Shown here in pieces: positions 7,162 to 16,141 of a DNA stretch of 64,000 bases (the first letter of the stretch is position 1; every line of letters starts with the position of its first letter). Under the pieces are notes generated by a model. That model ran no database searches and had not been told where the DNA came from. It saw nothing but the letters and a program-made list of their open reading frames with translations. This DNA comes from a virus (taxonomy: Duplodnaviria; Caudoviricetes), in the IMG/VR virus record IMGVR_UViG_3300024046_000025, positions 1 through 64,000 of that record, one strand, 5' to 3'. Both the position numbers and the translations under genes were made by a program.

Positions 7162-8516
7162 ACGCGATTCCGGCCACCAAAATCGCCATGAGCGAAGTCG
7201 ACGTCGAGATGACGCTTCTTGGCACATTGATCGAGAATGACGGTGCGATGGAATATTCGGCCGGGCTCATCAAGCCGGAGTGGTTCTCTGAACCGATCCT
7301 TCGCTACATATACGAGCAATGCGTAAAACTGGCGGAGGCCGGCCACCGCCTGTCACCGCCGACCGTGATTGCGGTCATGCCGGAAGACATTGCCGGCGTC
7401 CCGCGCAGTCAGTTCTACGCCCATATCTGCCGGCAAGGCATGCCCGTCGCAATGATCGGCGGCTTGCTACAGACGGTCAAGGACCGCTGGGCGCGGCGCG
7501 TGCTGTCTGAAATGGGGCAGGCCGCAATCGATCAGTCGCAGATGCATGGCGCCGACCCCTACGAGATTGCCAGCCATTCCATGGCTGCGATTGACACGGT
7601 GATGGAGGTGCAGGCTGAAAAGAGCGGTTCCAGCCTGGCGGATGCCGGCAAGCAGTTTTTCGAGGACATTGCCAACCCAGAAAACCTTAAGGGCGACACC
7701 ACCGGCTTGCGCATCCTCGACAACAAACTGAACGGCTTTCGCCGTGGCCAGCTCTATGTCGTCGCCGGCAGGCCGGGCATGGGCAAATCGGCTTTCATGT
7801 GTTCGACGGCCAGGCGCACGGCGCTGAGCGGGGCAGGGGTGCTGATCTTCTCGCTCGAAATGACCCGGCAGGAGATTTTCGCTCGCATGGCCTCAGACCA
7901 GATCGACTGGACCAAGGCTCCCGGCTTCGGAGATCTTTTGCGCGGCGATCTGAAGGGCATGGAGGATCAAGTTGGCAATGCCTACGAGGCATTGCGCAAG
8001 GCGCCGATGCACATTGACGATAGTGCACGCCTGACATTTGCAGAGATCGCCGCGAAGGCGCGCCGTCTCAAAGCCGAGATGGAAATGCACGGGGTTCGGC
8101 TCGGCACCGTCTGGATTGACCATATGGGTCTAGTGACGCCTTCTGACCGCTATGCCGGCAACAAGGTGGCGGAGGCCGGCGAAGTGTCCGGCAGAGCCAG
8201 GGCGTTGGCCAAGGAACTGGATTGCTGCGTCATCCTGCTGTGCCAGCTCTCCCGCGAAGTGGAAAAGCGCGAGGACAAGCGCCCGGTCATGTCCGACCTT
8301 CGCTGGTCGGGAGAAATCGAGCAGGACGCCCATGTGATCGGGTTCCTGTTCCGAGAGGAATATTATCTCAACCAGCAGGAGGACGTGGACGAAAACATGC
8401 TCCGCGATGCTCGCTGGAAGATGGACTTCCTCATTCGTAAGAACCGAAACGGCGCCACCGACGATGTGCGTCTCTGGTGCTCCATCGCCCATTCCAGCAT
8501 CAGGGACAACATATGA
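7158..8516 (+). CDS. dnaB: Phage DnaB-like replicative helicase
   Basis: Walker A AGRPGMGKS, FSLEM, IDHMGL, LCQLSREVEKR, SDLRWSGEIEQDA. Confidence 0.95.
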   Translation: MNAIPATKIAMSEVDVEMTLLGTLIENDGAMEYSAGLIKPEWFSEPILRYIYEQCVKLAEAGHRLSPPTVIAVMPEDIAGVPRSQFYAHICRQGMPVAMIGGLLQTVKDRWARRVLSEMGQAAIDQSQMHGADPYEIASHSMAAIDTVMEVQAEKSGSSLADAGKQFFEDIANPENLKGDTTGLRILDNKLNGFRRGQLYVVAGRPGMGKSAFMCSTARRTALSGAGVLIFSLEMTRQEIFARMASDQIDWTKAPGFGDLLRGDLKGMEDQVGNAYEALRKAPMHIDDSARLTFAEIAAKARRLKAEMEMHGVRLGTVWIDHMGLVTPSDRYAGNKVAEAGEVSGRARALAKELDCCVILLCQLSREVEKREDKRPVMSDLRWSGEIEQDAHVIGFLFREEYYLNQQEDVDENMLRDARWKMDFLIRKNRNGATDDVRLWCSIAHSSIRDNI

Positions 8517-9298
8517 GCCTCGCAGCCATGACTTGGGCCGTAGAGGCCCCCATAGAGCGCCCCACGGCCAAGCTAGCCCTCGTGTGCCTTGCGGATCACG
8601 CCGACGAGGATGGCCTGTGCTTTCCGTCACAGAAATCGCTCGCCGCAAAGGTCGGCGTGAGCGAGCGCGCTTTACGTGATGCGCTCTCATGGCTTGAGGT
8701 GAATGGATATATCGTTCGGTCGGCACGCCATCGGAAGGATGGGTCGCGGACGTCCAACGCCTACCAGTTGCCGCCCGAAGCCTACCGGAAGAATTTTCCG
8801 CACCCCCGGAAGCAAACGCAGACCCAACCGGAAGAATCTGCCGGGCTCACTTCGTTTGAACCTCCCACTGAACCTACCACTGCGGTGTCGCGCGAGGAAA
8901 AGCACGATTACGATCTGGTTCAAAGCGTTTGCCTTGAGGCTGCTGGAATGGCTGACTTTCGGGCCGAGCGCTCTCCCGCCCTAATGAACCTGGCGCCGAT
9001 CCTCGGCATGCTCAGCGCCGGATTCCATCTCACGGACGAAATTGCCCCAGCCATCCGCGCCAAATCGGCGACAGGGTTCAAGTTTCGCTCTTGGGCGCTC
9101 GTCCCTGACTTGGTGGCGGAATATGCGGCGAAATACCGAAAGGCGGCTGGGATGAGCCGCCCCGTTCCAAAGCCAATCGACTGGCCGGCGCGCGTTCGGG
9201 CCTTTGAGGAAGATGGCACCTGGGCAATGTCGTGGGGACCCCGCCCCGGCGACCCGGGATGCCTCGTGCCAGATGAAGTGGCGAGGGCAGCAGCATGA
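8513..9298 (+). CDS. Replication initiator (O-like, N-terminal winged helix)
   Basis: KLALVCLADHADEDGLCFPSQKSLAAKVGVSERAL; internal iterons. Confidence 0.85.
   Translation: MSLAAMTWAVEAPIERPTAKLALVCLADHADEDGLCFPSQKSLAAKVGVSERALRDALSWLEVNGYIVRSARHRKDGSRTSNAYQLPPEAYRKNFPHPRKQTQTQPEESAGLTSFEPPTEPTTAVSREEKHDYDLVQSVCLEAAGMADFRAERSPALMNLAPILGMLSAGFHLTDEIAPAIRAKSATGFKFRSWALVPDLVAEYAAKYRKAAGMSRPVPKPIDWPARVRAFEEDGTWAMSWGPRPGDPGCLVPDEVARAAA
8774..8843 (+). repeat. Iteron-like repeats inside the initiator gene (candidate ori)
   Basis: CCGGAAG at 8785, 8806, 8828 (21-22 bp spacing); units 1 and 3 ACCGGAAGAAT-T--CCG. Confidence 0.65.
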
Positions 9299-9465
9299 GC
9301 CATTCCCCGAACAATGCCGAGAAGTCTGGCGGCGCCCGCAAGGCCTTCATCGCCCGTATCCGTGAAGCCTATGCCGAATATCGGGACCACGGGCTGGGCG
9401 CTACGGCTGCTATGGCGGAGGTCGCCATGGCGCTCCGCGATTTGGATCGGAAGGTGCGGAAGTGA
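9295..9465 (+). CDS. 56-aa hypothetical protein (not in ORF track)
   Basis: MSHSPNNAEKSGGARKAFIARIREAY...; ATGA overlap. Confidence 0.55.
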   Translation: MSHSPNNAEKSGGARKAFIARIREAYAEYRDHGLGATAAMAEVAMALRDLDRKVRK

Positions 9466-9627
9466 TGCCCGCTGTCCTGCGCCAGTCTGGTCCGCCACCA
9501 AGCGGACGGGGGAGGCTTCTTCTGCCACATTTACAGCGGCTCCAATCTTCGGCTGGCAGGAGAACAGCCAGCTTGGGGCACGGTGCCTGCCGTTCCATCC
9601 TCCTAACCACCAGAGAGACAGAGACAT

Positions 9628-9927
9628 ATGGTAAGGACAAAGATTGACGAGCGGCGCGAGCGGGAGGAATACGACCGCAAAAACCCGTGGCGTCCAATGA
9701 CCGAGCCTGTCGAGGCGGGGCAGGTGTGCGAGTTGCTGTTCAGCGACATGGAAACGTCAAGGAGCCGACACTTTATCCTGCATGAGGATGGAAGGTGGTA
9801 CGAAATTGATCCGCCTCAGAAGGTCGGGTTTGGCCGCAAACCAATGAATTGGCGACCTGTACCAAAGAAAATTTCACCCGCGAAGCGCCTCGAAGTTGTC
9901 ACCCAAGCAAATAGGAGCCGATGGTAA
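9628..9927 (+). CDS. Hypothetical protein
   Basis: ORF abutting the antiterminator gene. Confidence 0.6.
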   Translation: MVRTKIDERREREEYDRKNPWRPMTEPVEAGQVCELLFSDMETSRSRHFILHEDGRWYEIDPPQKVGFGRKPMNWRPVPKKISPAKRLEVVTQANRSRW

Positions 9928-10508
9928 TGGCTTGGTATGTGGTTCGTACGAATATCAAATGCGAGGACAAGGCGGAGCGGAATCTGAAGGCCACCGGCTT
10001 CCGCACTTATGCCCCGTGGCAGAAGTTTGAGCGCCTGAACCGCCGCAAGCGCGTATGGGTCCAGCACGAGATGCGTTTGGCCCCGCGCTATCTGTTCCTC
10101 GATACTGGCGACTTGAACCGTGAGCAAACCCCCTGGGGCCTAATTCGTGGTTGCGAGGGTGTAGAAAAAGTTCTCGACAACCAAGGGCTCCCGATCCCGC
10201 TCAACAGCGATGAGGTAAAAGCCTTGCATTCCATCATGGATGCCGAGCGTGATTTCGCCTTTGACGAGACCCGCGCTGGCAAACTCCACCGCCGTGAAAT
10301 CGGAAAGACCCGCAAGGAAACAACGAAGATGCGTTTTCCTGTTGGAAGCAAGGTCCGCATTAGCGATGGCCCATTTGCGACATTTGGCGGTGAAGTCACC
10401 AACGTGACGGGCAGGGGGCATCTGATGGTAATGACTGAAATCTTCGGCCGGCTGACACCTGTGGAACTTGAGGCAGGGCAGGTCGAGAAACTTGCATCGG
10501 CTGCCTAG
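9927..10508 (+). CDS. NusG/RfaH-family antiterminator (Q position)
   Basis: WYVVRTN NGN domain, PRYLF, KOW VRISDGPFATFGGEV, IFGRLTPVEL. Confidence 0.9.
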   Translation: MAWYVVRTNIKCEDKAERNLKATGFRTYAPWQKFERLNRRKRVWVQHEMRLAPRYLFLDTGDLNREQTPWGLIRGCEGVEKVLDNQGLPIPLNSDEVKALHSIMDAERDFAFDETRAGKLHRREIGKTRKETTKMRFPVGSKVRISDGPFATFGGEVTNVTGRGHLMVMTEIFGRLTPVELEAGQVEKLASAA

Positions 10509-10625
10509 ATGAACTAGATTCGTGTTAAATGATTTGGGTTGGCGTATAGGGGGCCTTCGGGTGCTACCTTCGGGCCCAGCGGGATAGCAGCTTACCCGCG
10601 CATTCTTTTTTGCGCCCAAAATTCA

Positions 10626-10649
10626 GGGCTCGGGCAACCGGGCCTTTTT
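10626..10649 (+). terminator. Intrinsic terminator in late leader
   Basis: GGCTCGG-GCAA-CCGGGCC-TTTTT. Confidence 0.75.
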
Positions 10650-10847
10650 GATTCCAAGCTGGGTCAGGCCAGCAATGCTCCCGGCACAGGCGCTTCCGAC
10701 AAGCTGACCGGGAAAAGAGATTCTCGGAGCGTCCATGGCAGAGTAGGGAGACGGTCCCTTAGATGCCTGGGGTGGACGAAAGGCGGTTAGTAGGCAGGCG
10801 GTCTCGACGGAGCAGATGCCGGCCAAATACCGCGCCCCCTCAATTCA

Positions 10848-10921
10848 ATCGGTCTAGCTCATTGGTAGAGCAGCGGTCTCCAAAACCGCGCGACGGGGTT
10901 CGATTCCCTGGACCGGTGCCA
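10848..10921 (+). tRNA. trnW: tRNA-Trp(CCA), phage encoded
   Basis: Cloverleaf: acceptor ATCGGTC/GACCGGT, D-arm GCTC/GAGC, anticodon stem GCGGT-CTCCAAA-ACCGC, GTTCGATT, 3' CCA. Confidence 0.92.
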
Positions 10922-10994
10922 GTTTGAGGCTTCGGTTCGGACGCTGCCATGGAATGGCGTCCATCAACGGACCAGATAGCGCCTAACCCTCCCA

Positions 10995-11020
10995 CCCCGC
11001 TCTAACCAGCGGGGCTTTTT
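10995..11020 (+). terminator. Terminator immediately before first late gene
   Basis: CCCCGCT...AGCGGGG-CTTTTT. Confidence 0.7.
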
Positions 11021-11033
11021 CATGGAGACAGAC

Positions 11034-11828
11034 ATGCTCGATATCAGCCTGTCTCTTTGGGTCGGGGGGAGGGTAGGGCACGGCTCTGGTTACGACCCCG
11101 ACGCCGAGGCGCTATTCGCCCGCTTCACCACGCCACCCACGGTTGAGCGCAAGGCCGCGATCAACGCTTTGATCGTCGCCCTAAAGGGCGCTTCTGCGTG
11201 GGAAAAGCTGGACGTGCTGTATGTGCGGGCGGCAGCGGATAGCCAGGCGGCGCGGCTGAACTGGAAGCAGGACCAGTATAATAGCACGGCGGTTTCTAGC
11301 CCCGCGTTCACGGCGGATCGAGGCTTCACGCCGGATGGTGCAGCTTCGTACCTGTCCAGCGGTTTCAACCCGACCGTGGCCACCGACGCACTATTCGCGC
11401 AGGACGATGCTCATGTTGGTGCTTGGCACCTTACTGACCTGTCGAATGGCGGCTCCACAAGCTACGACCTCGGAAATGGTAACTCCCGCGTCAGCAATTC
11501 CGCATCAGCCAACACAGCGCTGCGCGGCAATATGGATACCACCATCACCCTCTCCGGCGATGACTATACCAAGCACAAGGTCTGGACGCGTGATGGGGCA
11601 ACCTCCTGGCGCTACTTCAACGATGGCGCGATGGTGGGTGGCAACCCGCGCACCGATGCCTCTGTGGCCCTCACCAACTTCGAGTTCGGGACCGGCCGCG
11701 CCTTGTCGAATGGCTTCGGCGTGAACACCGAAGCCATCTCCCATTGGGGCGCGTCCCTCTCTCCCGCCCAGGTGCTCGCCATGCGCGATGCCTTTGCTGA
11801 CTATCTCCAAACCGTAGGAGCCATCTGA
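11034..11828 (+). CDS. Putative head-spike/fibre protein
   Basis: Beta-rich; N-terminal MLDISLSL docking-like peptide; near a spike-base homologue. Confidence 0.5.
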   Translation: MLDISLSLWVGGRVGHGSGYDPDAEALFARFTTPPTVERKAAINALIVALKGASAWEKLDVLYVRAAADSQAARLNWKQDQYNSTAVSSPAFTADRGFTPDGAASYLSSGFNPTVATDALFAQDDAHVGAWHLTDLSNGGSTSYDLGNGNSRVSNSASANTALRGNMDTTITLSGDDYTKHKVWTRDGATSWRYFNDGAMVGGNPRTDASVALTNFEFGTGRALSNGFGVNTEAISHWGASLSPAQVLAMRDAFADYLQTVGAI

Positions 11829-12151
11829 TGGCCACGCAGAATTTCTTCGTCATGTCCGCGTCTCAGCGCATCATTGCCGTGGGCTACAACCAAGGCGCTG
11901 GCGGCGTCGCTATCGATCCGCGTCTTATCGACAGCTCCACGCCAGGGGCGGGGATCAACACCAATCCCGACGCGGACGGTTTCGGAGTGGGCGATCCCAT
12001 CACCCTGGTCGGCCAGTACGTGGCGCCCGTGCGCATCGTCAACGATCCTGAATATCAGCGCGAGGTGCCCGAGATGGTGGCGTTTCTGCTTACGCTGCCG
12101 TCTGCAATCCTCGAGGTCGAGACGATTTTCCTGCCGCCGCCGGAAGATTAA
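11828..12151 (+). CDS. Hypothetical virion-associated protein
   Basis: TGATG coupling. Confidence 0.65.
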   Translation: MATQNFFVMSASQRIIAVGYNQGAGGVAIDPRLIDSSTPGAGINTNPDADGFGVGDPITLVGQYVAPVRIVNDPEYQREVPEMVAFLLTLPSAILEVETIFLPPPED

Positions 12152-12182
12152 GCGGTCAAACCCAATAGTCTAGGAGGCCGAT

Positions 12183-12431
12183 ATGGCCAACCGAGTTGAC
12201 GCCCAGTCTGTTGGGCGTATGGTTCTCATTACGCCCAGCGATACGGCTCAATTCGAGCCGACAGTCGGTCTTTCCGTCAACGTCGATGGCAACGTCAACG
12301 TGCAATGCGTCGGCATGGATTCGCCTGTTGTGCGGGCGGTTGTCGCCGGGGTCGATTATCCTTGGCGTGTCATTGCAGTTTACGCCAGCGGCACGTCCGC
12401 TACGGGCATTGTAGCGCTGTACCAAGAGTAA
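12183..12431 (+). CDS. Head-spike base protein (RcGTA Rcc01079-like)
   Basis: ITPSDT...V.AG..YP.RV..VYASGTSATGIVAL pattern; GGAGG RBS. Confidence 0.75.
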   Translation: MANRVDAQSVGRMVLITPSDTAQFEPTVGLSVNVDGNVNVQCVGMDSPVVRAVVAGVDYPWRVIAVYASGTSATGIVALYQE

Positions 12432-12478
12432 TCGAACTCACAACCGACCAAGCCTTAAGGCAGTCGGAAGGGGGTCTA

Positions 12479-12763
12479 ATGTCTAAACTAGAGCCAGGTA
12501 GAGCAAAGACCGGCGGCAGAAGGAAGGGTACGCCGAACAAGGTCAATGCTCTCCTCAAAGAGGATATCCTTGAGGCTGCTGCAAAGGCCCACCCGGAGGG
12601 GCGGGTCGGATATCTCACCCAGCAGGCAAAAGAGAACCCCGTCGCCTTCATGACCCTTCTAGGCAAGGTGCTGCCGATGCAGATTACCGGCGAGGGTGGC
12701 GGCCCGGTGAAATTCCAGAAGGTCGAGCGTGTCATTGTCCGCCCTTCGAATCCCAACGGCTGA
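12479..12763 (+). CDS. terS: Terminase small subunit
   Basis: KTGGRRKGTPNK, FMTLLGKVLP, ITGEGGGPV; precedes TerL. Confidence 0.8.
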   Translation: MSKLEPGRAKTGGRRKGTPNKVNALLKEDILEAAAKAHPEGRVGYLTQQAKENPVAFMTLLGKVLPMQITGEGGGPVKFQKVERVIVRPSNPNG

Positions 12764-14066
12764 GGTATTCGAGCCGCTCCTGGAACCTGCCCGCGATAAG
12801 GGCGCTTGGGGCGGTCGCGGTTCAGGAAAATCGCATTTCTTCGCCGGTCTCATGCTCGAGGACTGCCTTGCTGAGCCGGGCGAGAATGGCGGAGAGGGCT
12901 TGCGCGGCGTCTGCATTCGTGAGGTGCAGAAAGACCTGGCGCAATCGTCCAAGCTGCTGATTGAAAGCAAGCTATCGGAATTCAGCCTGGGCGAGGCGGA
13001 TGGGTTCAAGGTTTTCCGCGATGTGATCCGGACGCCGGGCGATGGTCTGCTGATCTTCAAGGGGATGCAGGACTACACCGCCGAAAGTATCAAGTCGCTG
13101 GAGGGCTTCAAACGGGCCTGGTGGGAAGAGGCACAAAGCGCAACCTCTCACTCGATCAGACTTCTTCGCCCGACGATGCGCGCCGCTGGCTCGCAGATGT
13201 GGTGGAGCTGGAATGCGCGGCGCAAGGTTGATCCTGTCGATGTTTTGCTCCGGGGAGCGCAGAAGCCGACCGGCGCAATCGTCGTCAATGCGAATTGGCG
13301 AGATAACCCGTGGTTTACGCCGGAACTGGAGCAAGAGCGGCAGGACTGCCTGCGCATCACGCCTGACGATTACGATCACGTGTGGGAGGGCGGTTACGTG
13401 ACAGTGATCGATGGCGCTTATTATGCCAAGGACCTCGCCGCGGCAAAAAATGCAGGTCGCATCGGGCGGGTTCCTTTCGATCCGCTGATGCGCGTCAAGA
13501 TATTCTGCGACCTCGGCGGGACCGGCGCAAAAGCTGATGCGTTCGCCATGTGGCCGGCGCAGTTCATCGGGCGGGAAATCCGCACCCGAGACTATTACGA
13601 GGCGCAGGGGCAGGCGCTCGCCGCGCATATCAACTGGCTCCATTCGAAGGGTTACACCCCAGATAAGGCCGATATCGTTCTCCCGCACGATGGGGAAACG
13701 AATGACCGCGTTGTCGATGTGTCTTTCGAGAGCGCATTTCGCGCAGCCGGCTATTCGGTGACGGTAATTCCAAACCAAGGCAAGGGCGCGGCAAGGATGC
13801 GCATCGAGGCCGGCCGCCGCCATTTCGGGGCGATATGGTTCGATGAGGAAAGCACAGTGGCCGGGCGTGAGGCGTTAGGCTGGTATCACGAGAAGAAATC
13901 CGACGATGACCGCAATATCGGTCTTGGACCTGAGCATGACTGGTCCAGTCACGGCGCTGACGCCTTCGGCATGATGTGCGTGGTCTATGAGGAGCCGCGA
14001 GCTAAGCGGCCTTCTGATGATGAATTTTACGGCTCCCGTGGCGGCGCCGGAGGTTGGATGGGGTGA
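12729..14066 (+). CDS. terL: Terminase large subunit (PBSX/headful type)
   Basis: GGRGSGKSH Walker A, WWEEAQ Walker B, HDWSSHGADAF. Confidence 0.95.
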   Translation: MSLSALRIPTAEVFEPLLEPARDKGAWGGRGSGKSHFFAGLMLEDCLAEPGENGGEGLRGVCIREVQKDLAQSSKLLIESKLSEFSLGEADGFKVFRDVIRTPGDGLLIFKGMQDYTAESIKSLEGFKRAWWEEAQSATSHSIRLLRPTMRAAGSQMWWSWNARRKVDPVDVLLRGAQKPTGAIVVNANWRDNPWFTPELEQERQDCLRITPDDYDHVWEGGYVTVIDGAYYAKDLAAAKNAGRIGRVPFDPLMRVKIFCDLGGTGAKADAFAMWPAQFIGREIRTRDYYEAQGQALAAHINWLHSKGYTPDKADIVLPHDGETNDRVVDVSFESAFRAAGYSVTVIPNQGKGAARMRIEAGRRHFGAIWFDEESTVAGREALGWYHEKKSDDDRNIGLGPEHDWSSHGADAFGMMCVVYEEPRAKRPSDDEFYGSRGGAGGWMG

Positions 14067-14068
14067 AT

Positions 14069-16105
14069 ATGGCAGACGACGAAAAGCCCCGCGACAAGGA
14101 CGCGCTTTTGGCCGAAGCCAAGAAGCTATTCACCCGATGCGAGGAAAACGAAAGCGAGAACAGGCAGGCCTATAAGGACGACATGCTGTTTGTCCGCGCC
14201 CGCGAGCAGTGGCCCGAAGCGATCCGCAAGCAGCGGGAATCGGAAAATCGCCCATGCCTAACCATCGATCGCCTTGGCCCCGTTGTGCGCCAGGTCGTCA
14301 ACGACGCCCGGCAGAACAAGCCCTCGATCAAGGTTCACCCCGTCGAGGACGGCGACAAGGATACCGCGCTCATCATCAACGGGCTGATCCGCAATATAGA
14401 ATACACGTCCAACGCGGACGTGGCTTACGATACGGCGGTGGAGACGGCGACGGCCGGCAATGTCGGCTATATCCGCGTCGGGCTGGACTATGCCTATGAC
14501 GACAGTTTCGATCTCGACATTCAGATCAACCGCGTCGCCAACCCGCTGAGCATCTACGGCGACCCCAATTCAACGGCGGCGGATAGCTCGGACTGGAATG
14601 TTGCCTTTGTTGTGGATCGGGTGCCGCGCGAAACTTTCAAGGCCAACTATCCCAAGGCCACCATTACCGATTGGGACAGCGATGCTTGGAAAGATGCGGG
14701 CGAGTGGCTGAACAGCGACGGTGTCCTTGTTGCTGAATGGTGGATGCGGGAGCAGATCGAGAAGACCATCGTCAAAACGACTGATGGCCGGATCTTTGAC
14801 GAGGCCCAACTCTCCGAGGATGAAGACCTGGCACTTGCGGTTGAGGCGGGGCTGATCCAGATCGCTACCGACACACAGGGTCAGCCAATCCGCCGCGTAA
14901 CCAAGGGCTATCGGGTTATTCAGCGCATCATGACCGGCGCCGAAATCCTTTCCGAGCGAGAATGGCCCGGAAAATATATCCCGGTCATCCCGGTTTACGG
15001 GGATGAATTCTGGATCGACGGCAAGCGCTATCTCCGATCCCTTATCAATGGGGCCAAGGATGCGCAGATGATGCTCAACTTCTGGCGCACGTCTGGAACC
15101 GAGCTTGTCGCCCTTGCCCCGCGCGTCCCATTCATCGGGCCCAAAGGTGCATTTGACAGCGACCAGGAGCGTTGGCAAACGGCTAACACACAGAGCCATG
15201 CTTACATCGAGTATGATGGCAGAGAAGCGCCCCAACGCCAGCCACTCGACAGCGGTATCGCTGCCGGATCGATGCAGGAAGCGTTGAACGCCTCGGACGA
15301 CATCAAGGCCATCACCGGGCTCTATGATGCGTCGATGGGGGCGCGGTCGAACGAAACCAGCGGTCGGGCGATCCTTGCCAGGCAACGTGAGGGGGATGTG
15401 TCCACCTTCCATTTCATCGATAACCTGTCCCGTGCCATCCGGCACACGGGTCGGGTCATCATCGACCTGATCCCGCATGTTTACACCGCGCCCCGCATAA
15501 TCAGGGTGATCGGTGAGGATGGATCGCAGACGCCCCAGGCTATCAACCAGCCCGCCCCGGTGATCGACAAGGACACTGGCCAGCCCAAGGTTGATGAGCA
15601 AGGCCAGGTCATCACGGCGATCCATGATTTGACCAGCGGAAAGTATGATCTGACTGTGACATCCGGGCCCAGCTACACCACGCTCCGGCAGGAGCAGGCT
15701 GACCAGATGATGCAGCTTTTGCAGGCCTATCCCGCTGCTGCGCCGCTCATCGGCGATATTCTGGTCAAATCTCTGGATTGGCAGGGCTCTGACGAGATCG
15801 CCGAGCGCATCCGCAAGATGCTGCCGCCGCAGGTGCAGGGCCAGCCGCAGATTCCGCCCGAGGTTCAGAAGGCGGTTCAGGAGGGCATGCAGCGCATCCA
15901 GCAGCTTGAGCAGGAGAATGAGGCGCTCAAGGCTGACAAGTCTGCCGATTTTGCGAAAATCCAGAGTGACGAGCAAATCGAGCTGGAAAAAATCGCCAGC
16001 AACGAACGCGTTGAGGCGGCCAAGATCGCCTCCCAGGAAAGCATTGCCCGCCAGCGCGTATTGCGTGAGGCGACCATGCGAAACACGCCGCAAACAGCGG
16101 CCTGA
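14069..16105 (+). CDS. P22-like portal protein
   Basis: QWPEAIR..RPCLTID, YIPVIPVYG, GRAILARQREGD; C-terminal coiled-coil barrel. Confidence 0.9.
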   Translation: MADDEKPRDKDALLAEAKKLFTRCEENESENRQAYKDDMLFVRAREQWPEAIRKQRESENRPCLTIDRLGPVVRQVVNDARQNKPSIKVHPVEDGDKDTALIINGLIRNIEYTSNADVAYDTAVETATAGNVGYIRVGLDYAYDDSFDLDIQINRVANPLSIYGDPNSTAADSSDWNVAFVVDRVPRETFKANYPKATITDWDSDAWKDAGEWLNSDGVLVAEWWMREQIEKTIVKTTDGRIFDEAQLSEDEDLALAVEAGLIQIATDTQGQPIRRVTKGYRVIQRIMTGAEILSEREWPGKYIPVIPVYGDEFWIDGKRYLRSLINGAKDAQMMLNFWRTSGTELVALAPRVPFIGPKGAFDSDQERWQTANTQSHAYIEYDGREAPQRQPLDSGIAAGSMQEALNASDDIKAITGLYDASMGARSNETSGRAILARQREGDVSTFHFIDNLSRAIRHTGRVIIDLIPHVYTAPRIIRVIGEDGSQTPQAINQPAPVIDKDTGQPKVDEQGQVITAIHDLTSGKYDLTVTSGPSYTTLRQEQADQMMQLLQAYPAAAPLIGDILVKSLDWQGSDEIAERIRKMLPPQVQGQPQIPPEVQKAVQEGMQRIQQLEQENEALKADKSADFAKIQSDEQIELEKIASNERVEAAKIASQESIARQRVLREATMRNTPQTAA

Positions 16106-16141
16106 TCTCACCAGCACCAACCGATAGGAGTGCATCGTCCC

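Noticed and set aside
9462-9647. Small ORF between 9465 and 9628
   Set aside because: Three frames are partly open and none has convincing composition; left uncalled
10650-10840. Ribozyme or second tRNA in the late leader
   Set aside because: Hairpin potential exists, but I could not fold a cloverleaf or find a hammerhead core (CTGANGA...GAAA)
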